A stretch of 52,724 nucleotides of DNA from Gracilinanus agilis. Its lineage: Eukaryota. The notes beneath the pieces were generated by a model that ran no database searches, was not told the DNA's origin, and worked only from the letters and a program-made list of their open reading frames with translations. The position numbers and the translations under genes are program-made. Each line of letters begins with the position of its first letter. Within the stretch, counting starts at the first letter, position 1. Below, one piece after another: positions 10,311-22,682 of the stretch. The stretch covers positions 86,859,272 through 86,911,995 of the forward strand of contig NC_058132.1 in NCBI RefSeq assembly GCF_016433145.1, given 5' to 3'.

Positions 10311-11816
10311 TGTAGTAATATCCAATATAGTCTGACATGTTCTAGAGATTTTGGGGAAATACATTTCAAAGAATATCAGTACTATTCTTTTCAAGGTCAT
10401 GAATTCTATAGATTATGTCTAATTGATTATAAGGGGAATAGAAAACCCTTAGTAAAGATATTTTGATCATAAAAATAGAACATTAAAATGAGGGGAAAAG
10501 TCAAGGGGTTATATCTAAAAAGATCAGTATAGATACTGAAATATTTGTGGGTTTTAGGGGATGTGTTAGATGTTTATTTAGACCAATAACAGAAGAGTAA
10601 ACAGTTTTGGGAAGGACACCTAAGCCCAGTGCAGGCAGAGTCAGACACTGAGATGAGACACACATAGAACCCTAAGTTATGAAATAACAGTTTTTAAATA
10701 TAGTAGGGATAGGTTAGAAGAGATTTGAATATAACTTACTCTAATGATAACTATCTACACCTCCCCAGATCTACAAATCTCTTAACAGAGATTGCTTCTG
10801 AGTGTTTCCCTACTCTACTCCTGTATTCTCTATATAAACCCAAATTACTATACTCAGCTAAGCTAACACTAAACCCCCCTTTTGATGATCTAAGGAAAGG
10901 GTCTGTGTGTAAGTCTGAATGGGCCCAAAGATGGACCAAGATCCAAGGATCCAGGCTGGGTCTCATGCTCAGCTATCAGTTGTCACAGGATCAGCACAGG
11001 AATTTAGCAGATGTCAAATAGTCAATAGGGTAACAGAATAATCCAAGCAGTAGGTAGAATGGGAAGATCAGGCAGTAAAATACCACAGGGAAATAGCTAG
11101 TCTCCTTAAGTCCACCCCCAAAAAAGCAAAGCCACAAGCCCCAGGCACAACTGTCTCTCTCCAACAGCAGCTGCTCTTCCTCGGAATTCCAGAATCCTGC
11201 CCTATGCTGTCCATCTGCAAACTCACACACCTTACTTAACTTTTCCTATAATGATATACAAGGAAATCATTTACCACATTATATATAACATACAAATGTA
11301 TACATATACATAGCTATGTAATCTACTAAAGATAGAAACAAGATTAAAAAAGAGATAGGGGTACAGCTCAGATTCTATGTATTGATTGACATATGGCAGA
11401 GAGAAGGCAGAAATGCTCAAATCTTGTATCTCTTTTTTCTCCCAAAGAATACAAGTTTTAGATGAGAAAAAATGGAATAAAAAATTAACTAAATGATCCC
11501 CGAGGCCCTTTCTAACTCTGAGATTTTATGATTCTATATTAAGGGATAAAATCAGTGGACACATGAAATAGAATGCTATGGATGAAAAAATGTCAAGAGT
11601 GGAGAGCCTTTGTAATTGGTGTCACATCAATTTTACTAAACATTTTATTAGTGATCAGAGAGTTGATGCACAATGAAATGTTTAAATTTTTAGATGGCAT
11701 TAATCTACACCAAGCTAAAATAGATAAGTGAGAGGAAGCTCTAATGAAGTTAATTCACATGGCAGAAAATGGCATGAATCACAAGCCATGGCTAGTATTG
11801 GAAATGATGAAAAAAT

Positions 11817-11892
11817 TATATATATATATGTATATACATATACACACATACATACACACATACATATATATATATACATATATATATATATA
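11817..11892. repeat. (TA)n/(CA)n compound microsatellite
   Basis: direct reading. Confidence 0.9.
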
Positions 11893-12122
11893 GTATGTAA
11901 CTTGCAAAGCATTTTACAAATATGATCTCATTTGATCCTTACAACAGCCCTGGGAGGTAGGTACTATTATTATTTCTATTTTAGAGAAGAATAAACTGAG
12001 TCAAACAGGTTAAATAACTTGTCCAGAGTCACATAGCTAGTAAATATCTGTGTCTGAATTTGAACTCAGATCTTCTTTATTCTATATGTAGCTCTCTATC
12101 CACTACACCACTTACCTGCCGC
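11893..12122 (-). mobile_element. MIR/MAR1-type CORE-SINE
   Basis: tctcatttgatccttacaacagccctgggaggtaggt...aaactgag...ttaaataacttgtccagagtcacatagctagt...tttgaactcag. Confidence 0.75.
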
Positions 12123-12329
12123 TAAAGATTAGGTAATTATACCAACAAAAAAAATAGCTAAAATCTAGATATTGCTTTAAAGTTTTTAAAAATATTTCTT
12201 ATCTGGTTAGCACCTCCTTAAAGCATAGTATAGCTGGTAGGTTTTGTCATTGCTATTTTGCAGATAATTAACACAGAGAGAGCTTAAGAGGAATTACCAA
12301 AAGTTACATAACTATTAATTTAATTCAAT

Positions 12330-12660
12330 TAAACTTAACAAACATTTATTAAATGTTCTAAATCCTGAGACACCAGCAACAAAAATGAAAACAGTCCTTA
12401 CCATGAAGAAGCTTATATTCTTTTGTGGATGGAAGATAACAAGATATAAATAAATAATTGGAAGTCGAGCTAACAACTGGAGTGATTAGAAAAGGCCTTT
12501 TAAAGGAAATAGCACTTGACCTGAGTTTTGAAGGGAGATATTGTTCCCAAGAGGCAAAAGTAAGCAGGGAGAAAATGTCTAGTATGGAGAATAGTTTATC
12601 AAAAGACAAGGATATGGGAAGGAGGAGAGGGGAGATGGGTCATTGTGCATGGAGACATCA
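12330..12660 (-). mobile_element. L2 3' fragment
   Basis: aacaaacatttattaaatg...cagtccttaccatgaagaagcttatattc...gacctgagttttgaagg. Confidence 0.6.
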
Positions 12661-13484
12661 AGGAAATCAGTTTATTCCTAAGCTGATGAATACACTGAGT
12701 AAGATACAATACAATGAAGTTTTGAAAGAATTGCCTTAGAAACAGACTGACAGATGATCATATCCTTTCCTTTGCCCCCTCTTTAAAAAGTTTGCCCATC
12801 ACTGGTCTAGAGTATCTAGTGTGTAAGAAGGAATAAAGTCTAAAGAGGCTAGAAAGGTAGGTAGGTGATGGAGAGAATAACCATCCTAGTAAGTTTCATA
12901 AGACATGTTCAAATCTAGATCTTCCTAATTCACAAATATATTAATATAACATAACAATCTAAAATTCATCCTTCACATGAAAGTTTTTCAAATACTTGAA
13001 TCCATCTAATATTCCTCATGAGCTTTCCCTTCTCCAGGCTAAACATTTCTGGTTCCTTCAACTAATTCTTATGTCACATATAGTCAAAATCGTTCTGTGT
13101 GCTATATATCCTTCTCTGGCTTAATTCTGGCTTATGATTCTCTTGACTTATTAACTTGACTAAACAGCTGATTTTTAAACAGTCACCTATAATTAGCCTA
13201 AATCACACAGGGCTAATGATGTCTATTTTCTTCATTATAAGCAGAATCTGGCACAAGGTACAGCATCCTTGAAAATCTTGTACTATTCCTATACACTGGA
13301 TGACAGAAGTATAAAGTCTGTCAAATAGTGAAGATTTGCCTCCGAGAGAGAAAGTAAAGTAAAATACTAAAAAAGAAATGAGAAAACTTGTAAAAAGAAA
13401 TGAGAGACAGACATAGAGAGATGTAAAGTTAAATAGGCATGTAGAGATGCAGAGTCAAAGGGAAAGAATGAGGAAGGCAGAGAG

Positions 13485-13489
<5 letters not shown>

Positions 13490-13534
<45 letters not shown>

Positions 13535-13636
13535 NNNNNNNNNNNNNNNNNNNNNNNNNNNNNNNNNNNNNNNNNNNNNNNNNNNNNNNNNNNNNNNNNN
13601 NNNNNNNNNNNNNNNNNNNNNNNNTGTATAAGAGAC

Positions 13637-13678
<42 letters not shown>
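13490..13678. repeat. (GA)n microsatellite spanning a 90-N assembly gap (13535-13624)
   Basis: direct reading. Confidence 0.95.
13625..13638 (+). other. Tn5/Nextera mosaic-end remnant (adapter artefact)
   Basis: TGTATAAGAGACAG = 3' 14 nt of AGATGTGTATAAGAGACAG, exactly at the contig edge after the gap. Confidence 0.9.
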
Positions 13679-13681
<3 letters not shown>

Positions 13682-14259
13682 AGGGAGGGAGGGAGACTAG
13701 GTAAAGAAGGGATAGATTTGAGGGCTCAGGACTTTGTGATTTGGAGAACTAGGGAATGCATGGATAGAAGAGGCACTGTCCAAGCTTCTCATGGAAAGCT
13801 GAAAGGAATGTGATCATAGGTTGAGTTGAGAAAAGGTGAAGGGAGGGAGAATATAAAGAGGGAGAGAAAATGAAAATAGAGGGAAGGGAGAATTCATGAA
13901 GAAAGAGGAGGCAAGAACTGAAGGATAAGGAAAAGAAAGTGAATATAAAGTAGAGAAAATAACATTGAAGAGCAGGAAGGAAAGATATGAGAGACTATCT
14001 AAATTCATTTTAACTTAATTCACTTTATAAAGCATACATTAAGTTCTTTCTGTGCCTAAGACACAATTTTAATAGCTGGGATACATAGACATACTTTCCA
14101 ATTGGAAAGACATAATGTCCATGTATTGAAGAAAGAACAAAAGGAATATGAAAGGATAAGAGAGAGTTAATGCAAAAATAAAGGGGTGTAAAAGTCTTCC
14201 ACAGAGGTAATCAATTGCTTTTCTCCTTCCATGATACAGCCCTAGTAAAGCCAGGCAAG

Positions 14260-14456
14260 TTTTTTTAACCCTTACCTTCCACCTTAGAATTAATACTGTG
14301 TTTATTCTAAAACAGAAGGTCAGTAAGGGCTATGCAATGATAGTTAAGAGGCTTGCCCAGGGTCACCCAGCCAGGAAGTTTCTGAGGCCAGATTTGAACC
14401 TGGAACCTCCAGTCTCTAGATCTGGCTCTCAATCCACTGAGCCACCTGCGTGCCTC
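14260..14456 (-). mobile_element. opossum tRNA-derived SINE1-like element, older subfamily
   Basis: poly-T, cccttaccttccaccttagaat...ttgcccagggtcac...ggccagatttgaacc...caatccactgagcc. Confidence 0.85.
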
Positions 14457-14699
14457 TACTGGGGGTAACAGGGAGGTCTTCATCTTGATAGTAAAGGCAT
14501 ACAATTTTTTCCTGACACTGGAGAGGATTGAATCCTTCTAACCTCCTTTAGTAAATGGTATTTTAGTTTCAAAAATTTCATATTCCCCCTTTAGTTATCC
14601 CAATCCCACCCTCACCAGAAACCAATAACTAGAAATAAAATAAATCAATAGAAAGTGAGTTGTCTTGACACATCAATATTTCTTAGGGATAAAGGGACA

Positions 14700-14960
14700 G
14701 AGGGAGAAGAGACTCACCCAGCTTGATACAGAGATAGCTTTTTTTCTGCCTGAATCCCACAGATGTTAACTCTATGGAGGAAGGTTTTAAGCTGCAGTTA
14801 TTGTCCCTGAGGGTAAAGGTCTCCAAACTAGCCCTGGAGAGTTCCTGAGTCCCTGACTCCAAAGTTTGTCTTGGAGTTTGAAACCCCAATTAATCATTCA
14901 AACCAGTGTTTTTTTTTTATTTTACTTTTCATGCAGGATGAGGGTTCCTGCTGGGGCCAG
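14700..14960 (-). promoter_or_regulatory. candidate promoter / non-coding exon 1 of the OR56A at 8577-9521
   Basis: donor GG|GTGAGT (actcac 14712-14717), O/E-like tccctgaggg 14804-14813, homeodomain caatta 14887-14892, similarity to 31100-31350. Confidence 0.45.
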
Positions 14961-15422
14961 AGTTAGGAGATTAAATTTCTATCTTCAAATGTCATTTTGC
15001 CTTTTTTTTCAACTTTAGTCCTCTGGAGTAAAAAAGAATAAATCTAATCTGTATTCCACACTAAATCTTTTAAATATTTAATGATATCTATCATACCATA
15101 TCCATATTTCCTTTTCTTCAAACTTGACATGACTAGTTCCTTCAATTTATCTTCATATGCTGTGACTTAAGGCCTCTCACCATCCTAATTGACCCTTTTA
15201 TGGATATTCCTCAGTTCATCAATGTCTTTCTTAAACTATGACATTTAGGTCATATAGTAGATATTGTCCTGGGCCTGAAATCAGGAAGATTTGATTCTAA
15301 GTTTAGCCTCAGTCCCCAGCTATTTCTCTTATCATGTTATTTAATTAGAGCCTGGCATTATGTTGGAACACTATATTGTTGAGAGTAGCTAGGTCATCCA
15401 CTCTTGTTCATCAAACAATTTT

Positions 15423-15600
15423 TAAACCCTTAACTTCTGTGTATTGACTTATAGGTGGAAGAGTGGTAAGGGTAGGCAATGGGGGTCAAGTCACTTTGCC
15501 CAGGGTCACACAGCTGGGAAGTGTCTGAGGCCGGATTTGAACCTAGGACCTCCTGTCTCTAGGCCTGGCTCTCACTCCACTGAGCTACCCAGCTGCCCCC
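15423..15600 (-). mobile_element. SINE1-like element, intermediate subfamily
   Basis: full length with A/B boxes; 16-bp TSD ttcatcaaacaatttt (15407-15422, 15601-15616). Confidence 0.93.
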
Positions 15601-16225
15601 TTCATCAAACAATTTTGCTGTTACTGTGTACAATGTTCTTCTGGTGCTGTTCATTTCACTTTTCATCAGTTCATGTAAGTCCAGATTTTTCTGAAATTAT
15701 CTTGCTCAGCATGTTTTACAACACAAAAGCATTCCATTACAATTTCATATTGTCAACTCTCTAATCCTTTAATATTGAAGTTGATAAATCCCATTTAATC
15801 CTGATTGTAGCTCTACAATATTTGAATTGTTTCTTTCTGGCTACATGAAATATTTTCTACTAGCCTTGAAACTCTGGAATTTGGCTATAATATGCCTGAA
15901 AATTTTCATTTTGGAGTCTTTCTGAAGGTGATCAGTGAATTCTTTCAATTTTCAGGTTCATTGCTTGAGCATGGTTTCCAGGTAGTCCAATAATTCTTTA
16001 ATTACTTCTCCTTGATCTATTTTCTAGGTCAATTGTTTTTCCAATGAGAAATTTCACATTTTCTTCTATTTTTGCATTTCTTTGATTTTTTTTGTTTCTT
16101 GATGTCTCATGAAACCATTAGCTTCACTTGCCCAGTTTTAATTTTTAAGGAGTCATTTCCTTAAAGGAGGTCGTATGCCTTCTTTTGACCAATTCAACTT
16201 AAAAACAAAAACAAAAAAAACAACA

Positions 16226-16417
16226 ACCTCTTACCTTTCATCTTAGAATCAATACTATATTTTGGTTTCAAAGCAGAAGAATGGTAAGGATTAGGCAATG
16301 GAGATTAAGTGACTTGCCAAGGATCACACAGTGAGGAAATGTCTGAATCCAAAGCTGAACTCACAACTTTCTGTTTCTGTGCCTGGTTATCAATCTACTG
16401 AGCCATATAGATTTCCA
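16226..16417 (-). mobile_element. SINE1-like element, old and diverged
   Basis: ttacctttcatcttagaatcaatac...aagcagaagaatggtaagg...ttaagtgacttgcc...caatctactgagcc. Confidence 0.75.
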
Positions 16418-16499
16418 CAGCCAGTCCTTTTCTTTTTTTCTGGTCTCTCTAAGGAAATATATTTTTATTTTTATTTTTATGTTTTTGCTTGTAACAGTG

Positions 16500-17676
16500 A
16501 CTTTTATTTTTAGAAAAATTTTCCATGGTTACACAATTCATTACTTTACCCTTCACCCCTTTAAGCCCCCCTCCCCCTCCCCATAGCTAACTTGCATTTC
16601 CACTGGTTTTAACATGTGTGGTCAGTCAAGACTTATTTACATATTATTGATAGTTACATTGGTTTGGTCTTTTCAGGTCTACATCCCCAATCATGTAAAA
16701 TAAATAATTTTGGTTATATTAAATTAAAAAGTTTTTGTACAAACAAAAACAATGCAACCAAAATCAGAAGGGAAACAACAAACTGGGAAAAAAATCTTTA
16801 TAACAAAAAATTCTCACAGAGGTCTAATTACTCAAATATACAAGGAGCTAAATCAATTGTATAAAAAATCAAGCCATTCCCCAATTAATAAATGGGCAAG
16901 GGACATGAATAGGCAATTTTCAGATAAAGAAATCAAAAGTATCAATAAGCACAAGAGAAAGTGTTCTAAATCTCTAATAATTAGAGAAATGCAAATGAAA
17001 ACAACTCTGAGGTACCACCTCACACCTAGCAGATTGGCTAAAATGATAGCAGGGACAGTAGAATGTTGGAGGGGATGTGGCAAAATTGGGATGTTAATGC
17101 ACTGCTGGTGGAGTTGTGAACTGATCCAATCATTCTGGATGGCAGTTTGGAACTATGCCCAAAGAGCTCTAAAAGAATGCCTGCCCTTTGATCCAGCCAT
17201 ACCATGGCTGGGATTGTACCCCAAAGAGATCATAAATAAACAGACTTGCACAAAAATATTTATAGCTGCACTTTTTGTGGTGGCAAAAAAAAACCAACTG
17301 GAAAGCAAGGGTATGCCCTTCAATTGGGGAATGGCTGAACAAATTGTGGTATATTTTGGTGATGGAATACTGTTGTGCTCAAAGGAATAATAAACTGGAG
17401 GAATTCCATGTGAACTGGAAAGACCTCCAGGAATTGATGCAGAGTGAAAGGAGCAGAGCCAGAAGAACATTGTACACAGGGACTGATACACTGTGGAAAA
17501 ATCGAATGTTATGGACGTCTGTACTAGCAGCAATGCAATGACCCAAGACAATTCTGAGGGATTTATAGAAATGAATGCTACCCACATTCAGAGGAAGAAT
17601 TGTAGGAGTGGAAACACAGAAGAAAAACAACTGCTTGAACACTTGGGTTGATGAGGACATGATTGGGGATGTAGAC
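16500..17676. mobile_element. younger 5'-inverted L1 (twin-priming structure)
   Basis: 3' UTR on minus strand 16500-16696 joined to ORF2 C-terminus on plus strand 16697-17676 (ORF 16752..17390: WARDMNRQFS...TLRYHLTP...CWRGCGK...HCWW); 20-bp inverted overlap 16677-16696/17657-17676. Confidence 0.88.
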
Positions 17677-18829
17677 CAATTCTTTTCAAGGAGTTGTTTT
17701 CTTCAGTGATTTTTAAAATATCTTTTCCTATTTTTTAGGTGCTTCCTTCAGCAAGTTGTTAACTCTTATTTCATTATTTTCCTGCATTACTCACATTTAA
17801 TTTCCTAATTTTTCTTCTAAATCTCTTATTTGATTTTAAGGTCCTTTTTTTTTAGATTCCCCCAGTTCTTCTTGAGCTTAACACTAATTCAAAAATTTCC
17901 TTGAGGCTTTGCATATAGGTATTTTGACATTGTCCTCTTTTTGGGCTTGTTCCTTTATCTTCCTCGTCACCATAGTAACTTTATATGATTAGGCTTTTTT
18001 TCTCATTTTCTACTTTATTATATAACTTTTCAATATATATTAAATTTGGGATCTGCTCTTAGATTGGAGAAGGCATTGATCCAAGATTCTTGATCTGGGA
18101 CTGAGGGTTTTGCCGCTGCCTTGCATAGGTCTCAGGGCTTATATGCTGGTCTGCATAGGCTTGGAGGAAGTAACTGATGTCTTTCATAGGGGAGACCTCA
18201 TTGCTGGCTAGCACTAGGTCTTGCTTGCTTGCCCAATGGTGGGGAAGGTGGACTAGCTGCTGTTTTGCATAGTGAGGGGCCCAAGATGTTCCCTTGTACT
18301 GTAGGGGGTCCTCACTGCTGACTTGCTTTGCTGCTGACCTGCATTGGAGGCAGGACCCTACTGGAGGTTTAGGTTAGGTTGAGTCTTCCTGCTGAATTTT
18401 ATTGGTTATGGGGCTTTGCTGGTAGCTTTAGCCTGGTTTATGCCCTGCTGCTATGGGGCAGAGCCTTGCTGGAAGCTTAGGTTCTGTTAAGGTCCTTGCT
18501 ACTTGCCTTTCCTGTGGGTAGAGCCTTATTACTGACCCTTACTGGAGCCAGGGCCTACTGATGATTTGTGTTGGGTTGAGATTTCCCTGCTGTTGGGTCA
18601 AGGCTTTGCCCTTCCCATGCTGGGATGTGGCTTACCCTTGTTCTGGTTGCCTGCTCTAGATTGGGCTTCCTCTCACTCTAGTAAGACAGACCTTTTCTGC
18701 TGATCCTCCAAGGGGTCCTATATGAAAAACTTCTTCAGTCCACCAAAATTTGGTAAGAGACTTTGTTTTTACGTAGTACTACACTAATGCACTTTGGGTG
18801 GAGTTGGGAACTGAACCAACCATTTTGGA

Positions 18830-19610
18830 GAGGAATTTGGAACTATGCTAAAGAGCTTTTAAACTATAAATGGATAGTATTTTTGATACCCTCTGAATTG
18901 ATGATAAGGTGAATAAGGTAAATATCCTCTGAACTGCTAATTCAGCAATATCACTACTAGGTCTATATCCCAAAGAGATCAAGAAAAGGAAAAGGGCTAG
19001 TTGTACAAAAATATTTATAGCAGCTCCTTTTATAGTAGCAAAGAATTGGAAATAGAGGGCATGTCCATCCATTGGGGAATGGATAAGTGGTGGCATATGA
19101 TTCTAATGGAATACTATTGTGTTATAAGAAATGACAAGAAGGCTAATTTCAGAAAAACCTGAAAAATCTACATCAGTGGTTCCCAAACTTTTTTGACCTA
19201 CCACCCCCTTTCCAAAAAAAATTACTTAGCTCCCTGGAAATTAATTTTTTTAAATTTTAATAGCAATTAATAGGAAAGATAAATGCATCTGTGGCTGTCA
19301 CTGTCCCACTGGATTGCTGCAGCATCCACCAGGGGGCAGTGGTGTCCACTTTGGGAATCACTGTCAGTAGATTCTACATGAACTGATTCATGAAATAAGC
19401 AGAACTAGGAGGACACTGTACATAGTAATAGCAATGTTGTATGATGAACAAATGTGAATGATTTAGCTATTCTTAGCAGTACCATGATTTGAGACAATCC
19501 TGAAGGACTTATGACGAAAAATGCTATCTACTTCCAGAGAAAGAACTGATAGAGTTTGAAATACTTATATTACATTCTTTCTTTGGTTTTGTTTTGTTTT
19601 GATTTTTGTT
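18830..19610 (+). mobile_element. old L1 ORF2 3' end / 3' UTR fragment
   Basis: ggaactatgc...tactaggtctatatcccaaagagatc...aaaaatatttatagcagctc...atgtccatccattggggaatgg. Confidence 0.75.
19174..19363 (+). mobile_element. non-autonomous hAT (Charlie-type) DNA transposon
   Basis: TIRs cagtggttcccaaa / tttgggaatcactg; same family as 36123-36316; inserted in L1. Confidence 0.85.
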
Positions 19611-19631
19611 AAAGTTTTCTTCCAAAAAATG

Positions 19632-19635
<4 letters not shown>

Positions 19636-19702
<67 letters not shown>
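19636..19702. repeat. (CT)n microsatellite
   Basis: direct reading. Confidence 0.97.
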
Positions 19703-19707
<5 letters not shown>

Positions 19708-19711
19708 GTAA

Positions 19712-19870
19712 AACTGGAGTCTTAACATTTTCTGTGCCGTGAATTTCTCTGATGCTCTGATGAGAGTTAGTGACTCTTTTAAAATAGTATTTTTAATTAG
19801 AAAAGTAAAATACATAGGATTACAAAGGAAACCAATTATACTGAAATATAGTTTTCAATTTTGTTTATAT
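19712..19870 (+). mobile_element. ancient hAT-Charlie MER-type fragment
   Basis: tcttaacattttctgtg...aaaatacataggattacaaaggaaaccaattatactgaaata recalled from a MER-type hAT consensus. Confidence 0.5.
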
Positions 19871-20149
19871 TGAAAATTATATTTAAATTCTAAAATATTA
19901 TTTAAATTATATATAAAAAATTATATTTAAATTATATTTAAAAAACACAAGTAGTCTGAATCCCTAGAGTAACTAATCTTTTATCTTGCCATTATGCTGT
20001 GCTCTTATATTAATTTTCTGTTACCTCCTCTTGTCAGTGGAAATGTACTGGTAACAGCTAAATAATTATCTGGGCCATATGTCAGGAAATTAGACTATAT
20101 AGCCTCTGAAGTCCTTTCAGCTGAAATATTCTGTGATTTTTTTTATTCA

Positions 20150-21640
20150 AAGATATTTTATTTTCCTCAATTACATGAAATTATACATACATATATTTTC
20201 TGAAATAAAAACATACATTTTCTGAAATTATAAGTTCCAAATTGTCTTCCTCTCTCCCTTCTCTTCCCCCTCTCAGATATGGCAAGTAATTTGATCTGTG
20301 GTATAATGCAAAACATACTTCCATTTTGGTCATTACTGTAAAAACAAAACCCCAAAATATAACAACATATGTACTAATGTGAAAAATACTATGCTTTGAT
20401 CTGCATCCAATTCCAACAGTCTTTCTCTGGAAGTGGATAGTATTCTTTGTCATAGGTCTTTCAGAATTGTCTTGCATCATTGTACTGCTGAGAGTAGTTA
20501 AGTCTTTCACTGTTGATCATTGGACAATATTGGTATTATTCTGAACAGTGTTCTCCAGGTTCTGCTTATTTCACTCTGCATCAATTTATGCAGATCTTTC
20601 CAGCTTTTTCTGAAATAATCTGACTCTCCTTTTTTATTGCACAGTAGTATTCCATCAACAACATATACCATGATTTGTTCAATCATTCCCCAATTGGTGG
20701 ACATCCCCTCAGTTTCCAATTCTTTGCCACCACTAAAAGAGCTGCTATAAATGTTTTCTACAAGTATGTCCTTTCCCTTTTATTATGATCTCTTTGGTAC
20801 ATAGATCCAATAGTGGTATTGCAGAATCAAAGTTTATGCATAGTTTTATAGCCATTTGTGCATAGATCCAAATTACCCTCCAGAATGGTTGTATCAGTTC
20901 ACAAATCCACCAACAGTGTATTAGTGTCAAATTTTTGTCACATCACATCCAACATTTAATGCTTTCCTTCATTATCACATTAGTCAATCTGATAGGTGTG
21001 ATGTGGCATCTCAGAGTTCTTTCACTTTGTATTTCTCTAATCAAGAGTGAATTAGAATAATTTTTTCATATGTTTATTGCTATCTTCAGCTGAAAATTGC
21101 TTATTCATATTTTTTGACCATTTGTCAATTGGAAAGTGACTTGTATTCTTACAAACAGGATTAGTTCTCCACAAATTGAAAAACTAGATCTTTATCAAAG
21201 AAATTTGCTATAAACATTTTTCTAGTTTATTGTTCCCCTGGTTTTGTTTGTATAAAAGCTTTTAAAAAATTCAATATGATCAAAATTATTCATTTTACAT
21301 CTTATAATGCTCCCTATCTCTTGCTTGGTCATAAATTCTTTCCTTCTCCATAAATCTACCAAGCAAATTGTTCTATATTTTACTCATGATATCACCCTTC
21401 ATGTCTTCATCATATACCTATTTTGACCTAATCTTGGCATAGGGTGTGAGATATTGGTCTATACCTATTTTATGCCATACTCTTTTCCAGTTTTCCTGAC
21501 AGCTTTGTCAAATAGTGAGTTCTTATTCCCAAAGCTGGGATCATTGGCTTATCAAACACTAGGCTGCTAAGGTCATTTATCTGTGTATATTGTGTATCTA
21601 AACTATTGATCCATCATTCTATTTTTAAGCCAGTACGAGA
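20150..21640 (-). mobile_element. old L1 3' UTR plus ORF2 fragment
   Basis: antisense L1 text; ORFs 20507..20719, 20745..20930 (IHCWW..ELIQPFW) are decayed ORF2 C-terminus. Confidence 0.8.
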
Positions 21641-22499
21641 CCAAAATTCTGTAATTCTAAGGCTTTTCAGTAATAGCACTTAATTCCCACCTGACCCTTA
21701 TTTTTAATGACACATAAACATGACTGTTTCCATTTACATAGAAAACACAATCAGGTTCATTATGGCTGCAACAAATTAATATTCAGTATTCAAGATGTAG
21801 GATCATTCTCCACAAAAGAAGTTGTGACCCCAATGGACACGTGGCAGCTTTTCCCTCTGAGATCTTACATAATTAAATGGAACAAAGGATCACATAAATT
21901 GGAGGACATAGCTTGGTGTAATGGTAGGAGTATTGGATTATAACTTCTGGCTAATTATATTGACATTATTTATTCCAAAATGTTGCTATGATTAAATTAT
22001 TTTATAAAACGTAAAATAAAATGTAGGTATCAGTCCTTGCTGTTGTTACCAATGCTACGGCCACAATATTAGGATTCACCCACTTTACTACCTTTCGTGT
22101 GAAGCTATCTACCTCATTACCTGGACAAAGGAAGATCCTTCCTTTCAGGTCACTCTGTTATAAAGGATAAATTGCACTAATATAGTGTCAGAGTGAGAAG
22201 GAATTTTAAAATTTTGTCCTATCAGTACCTGAGCAGGCATCCCCTCTATAGGGTCTTTGATAAGCAGTTGTTCATTTAAAAGTTATAGAATACTACCAAT
22301 AGACAATTACCTTCTGTAGGAGTTTATTGCATCCTAACCCTCACCAAATGGTTAACTTTAACCATTAAAAAAGGTTTCGTTACTTTATACTTAAACACTG
22401 AACCACCACCCATTGTTCGTGGTGGGGAGGGTGGGGATTGTTCTCTCTGGATCAAAGCAGAAAAAGTTTAATCTTTCATCAACAGGACAGTCCTTAAGG

Positions 22500-22682
22500 T
22501 TATAAAATCATGGAATTAAGGTTGGAAGGGATCATTTCAATTCTTCCTCTTTATAAAGAAATTTGAGCCTATGGAATTAAAATGACTTGGCCAATGTCTT
22601 ATAGCTAGAAATTAACAATGGCAGGATTCTGTCATCTCCAATTCCAAATTGAACACTTTTATTATACCATGCAGTTTCCTAC
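22500..22682 (-). mobile_element. MIR fragment
   Basis: aatcatggaattaaggttggaaggga...aaatgacttggccaatgtc...ttattataccatgcag. Confidence 0.55.

Larger units (their letters stand above)
15760..18750 (-). mobile_element. old L1 ORF1/5' region, interrupted by a SINE and a younger L1
   Basis: antisense ORF1-like text at 15760-16190 resumes at 17680 (ttcaaggagttgttttcttcag); GC-richer 5' UTR-like region ~18050-18740. Confidence 0.6.

Noticed and set aside
16752-17390. 212-aa ORF and similar L1-derived ORFs as host genes
   Set aside because: L1 ORF2 C-terminal fragments from truncated elements.
22347-22366. Hairpin aatggttaa-ct-ttaaccatt
   Set aside because: A 9-bp AT-rich stem is plausible by chance in 52 kb.
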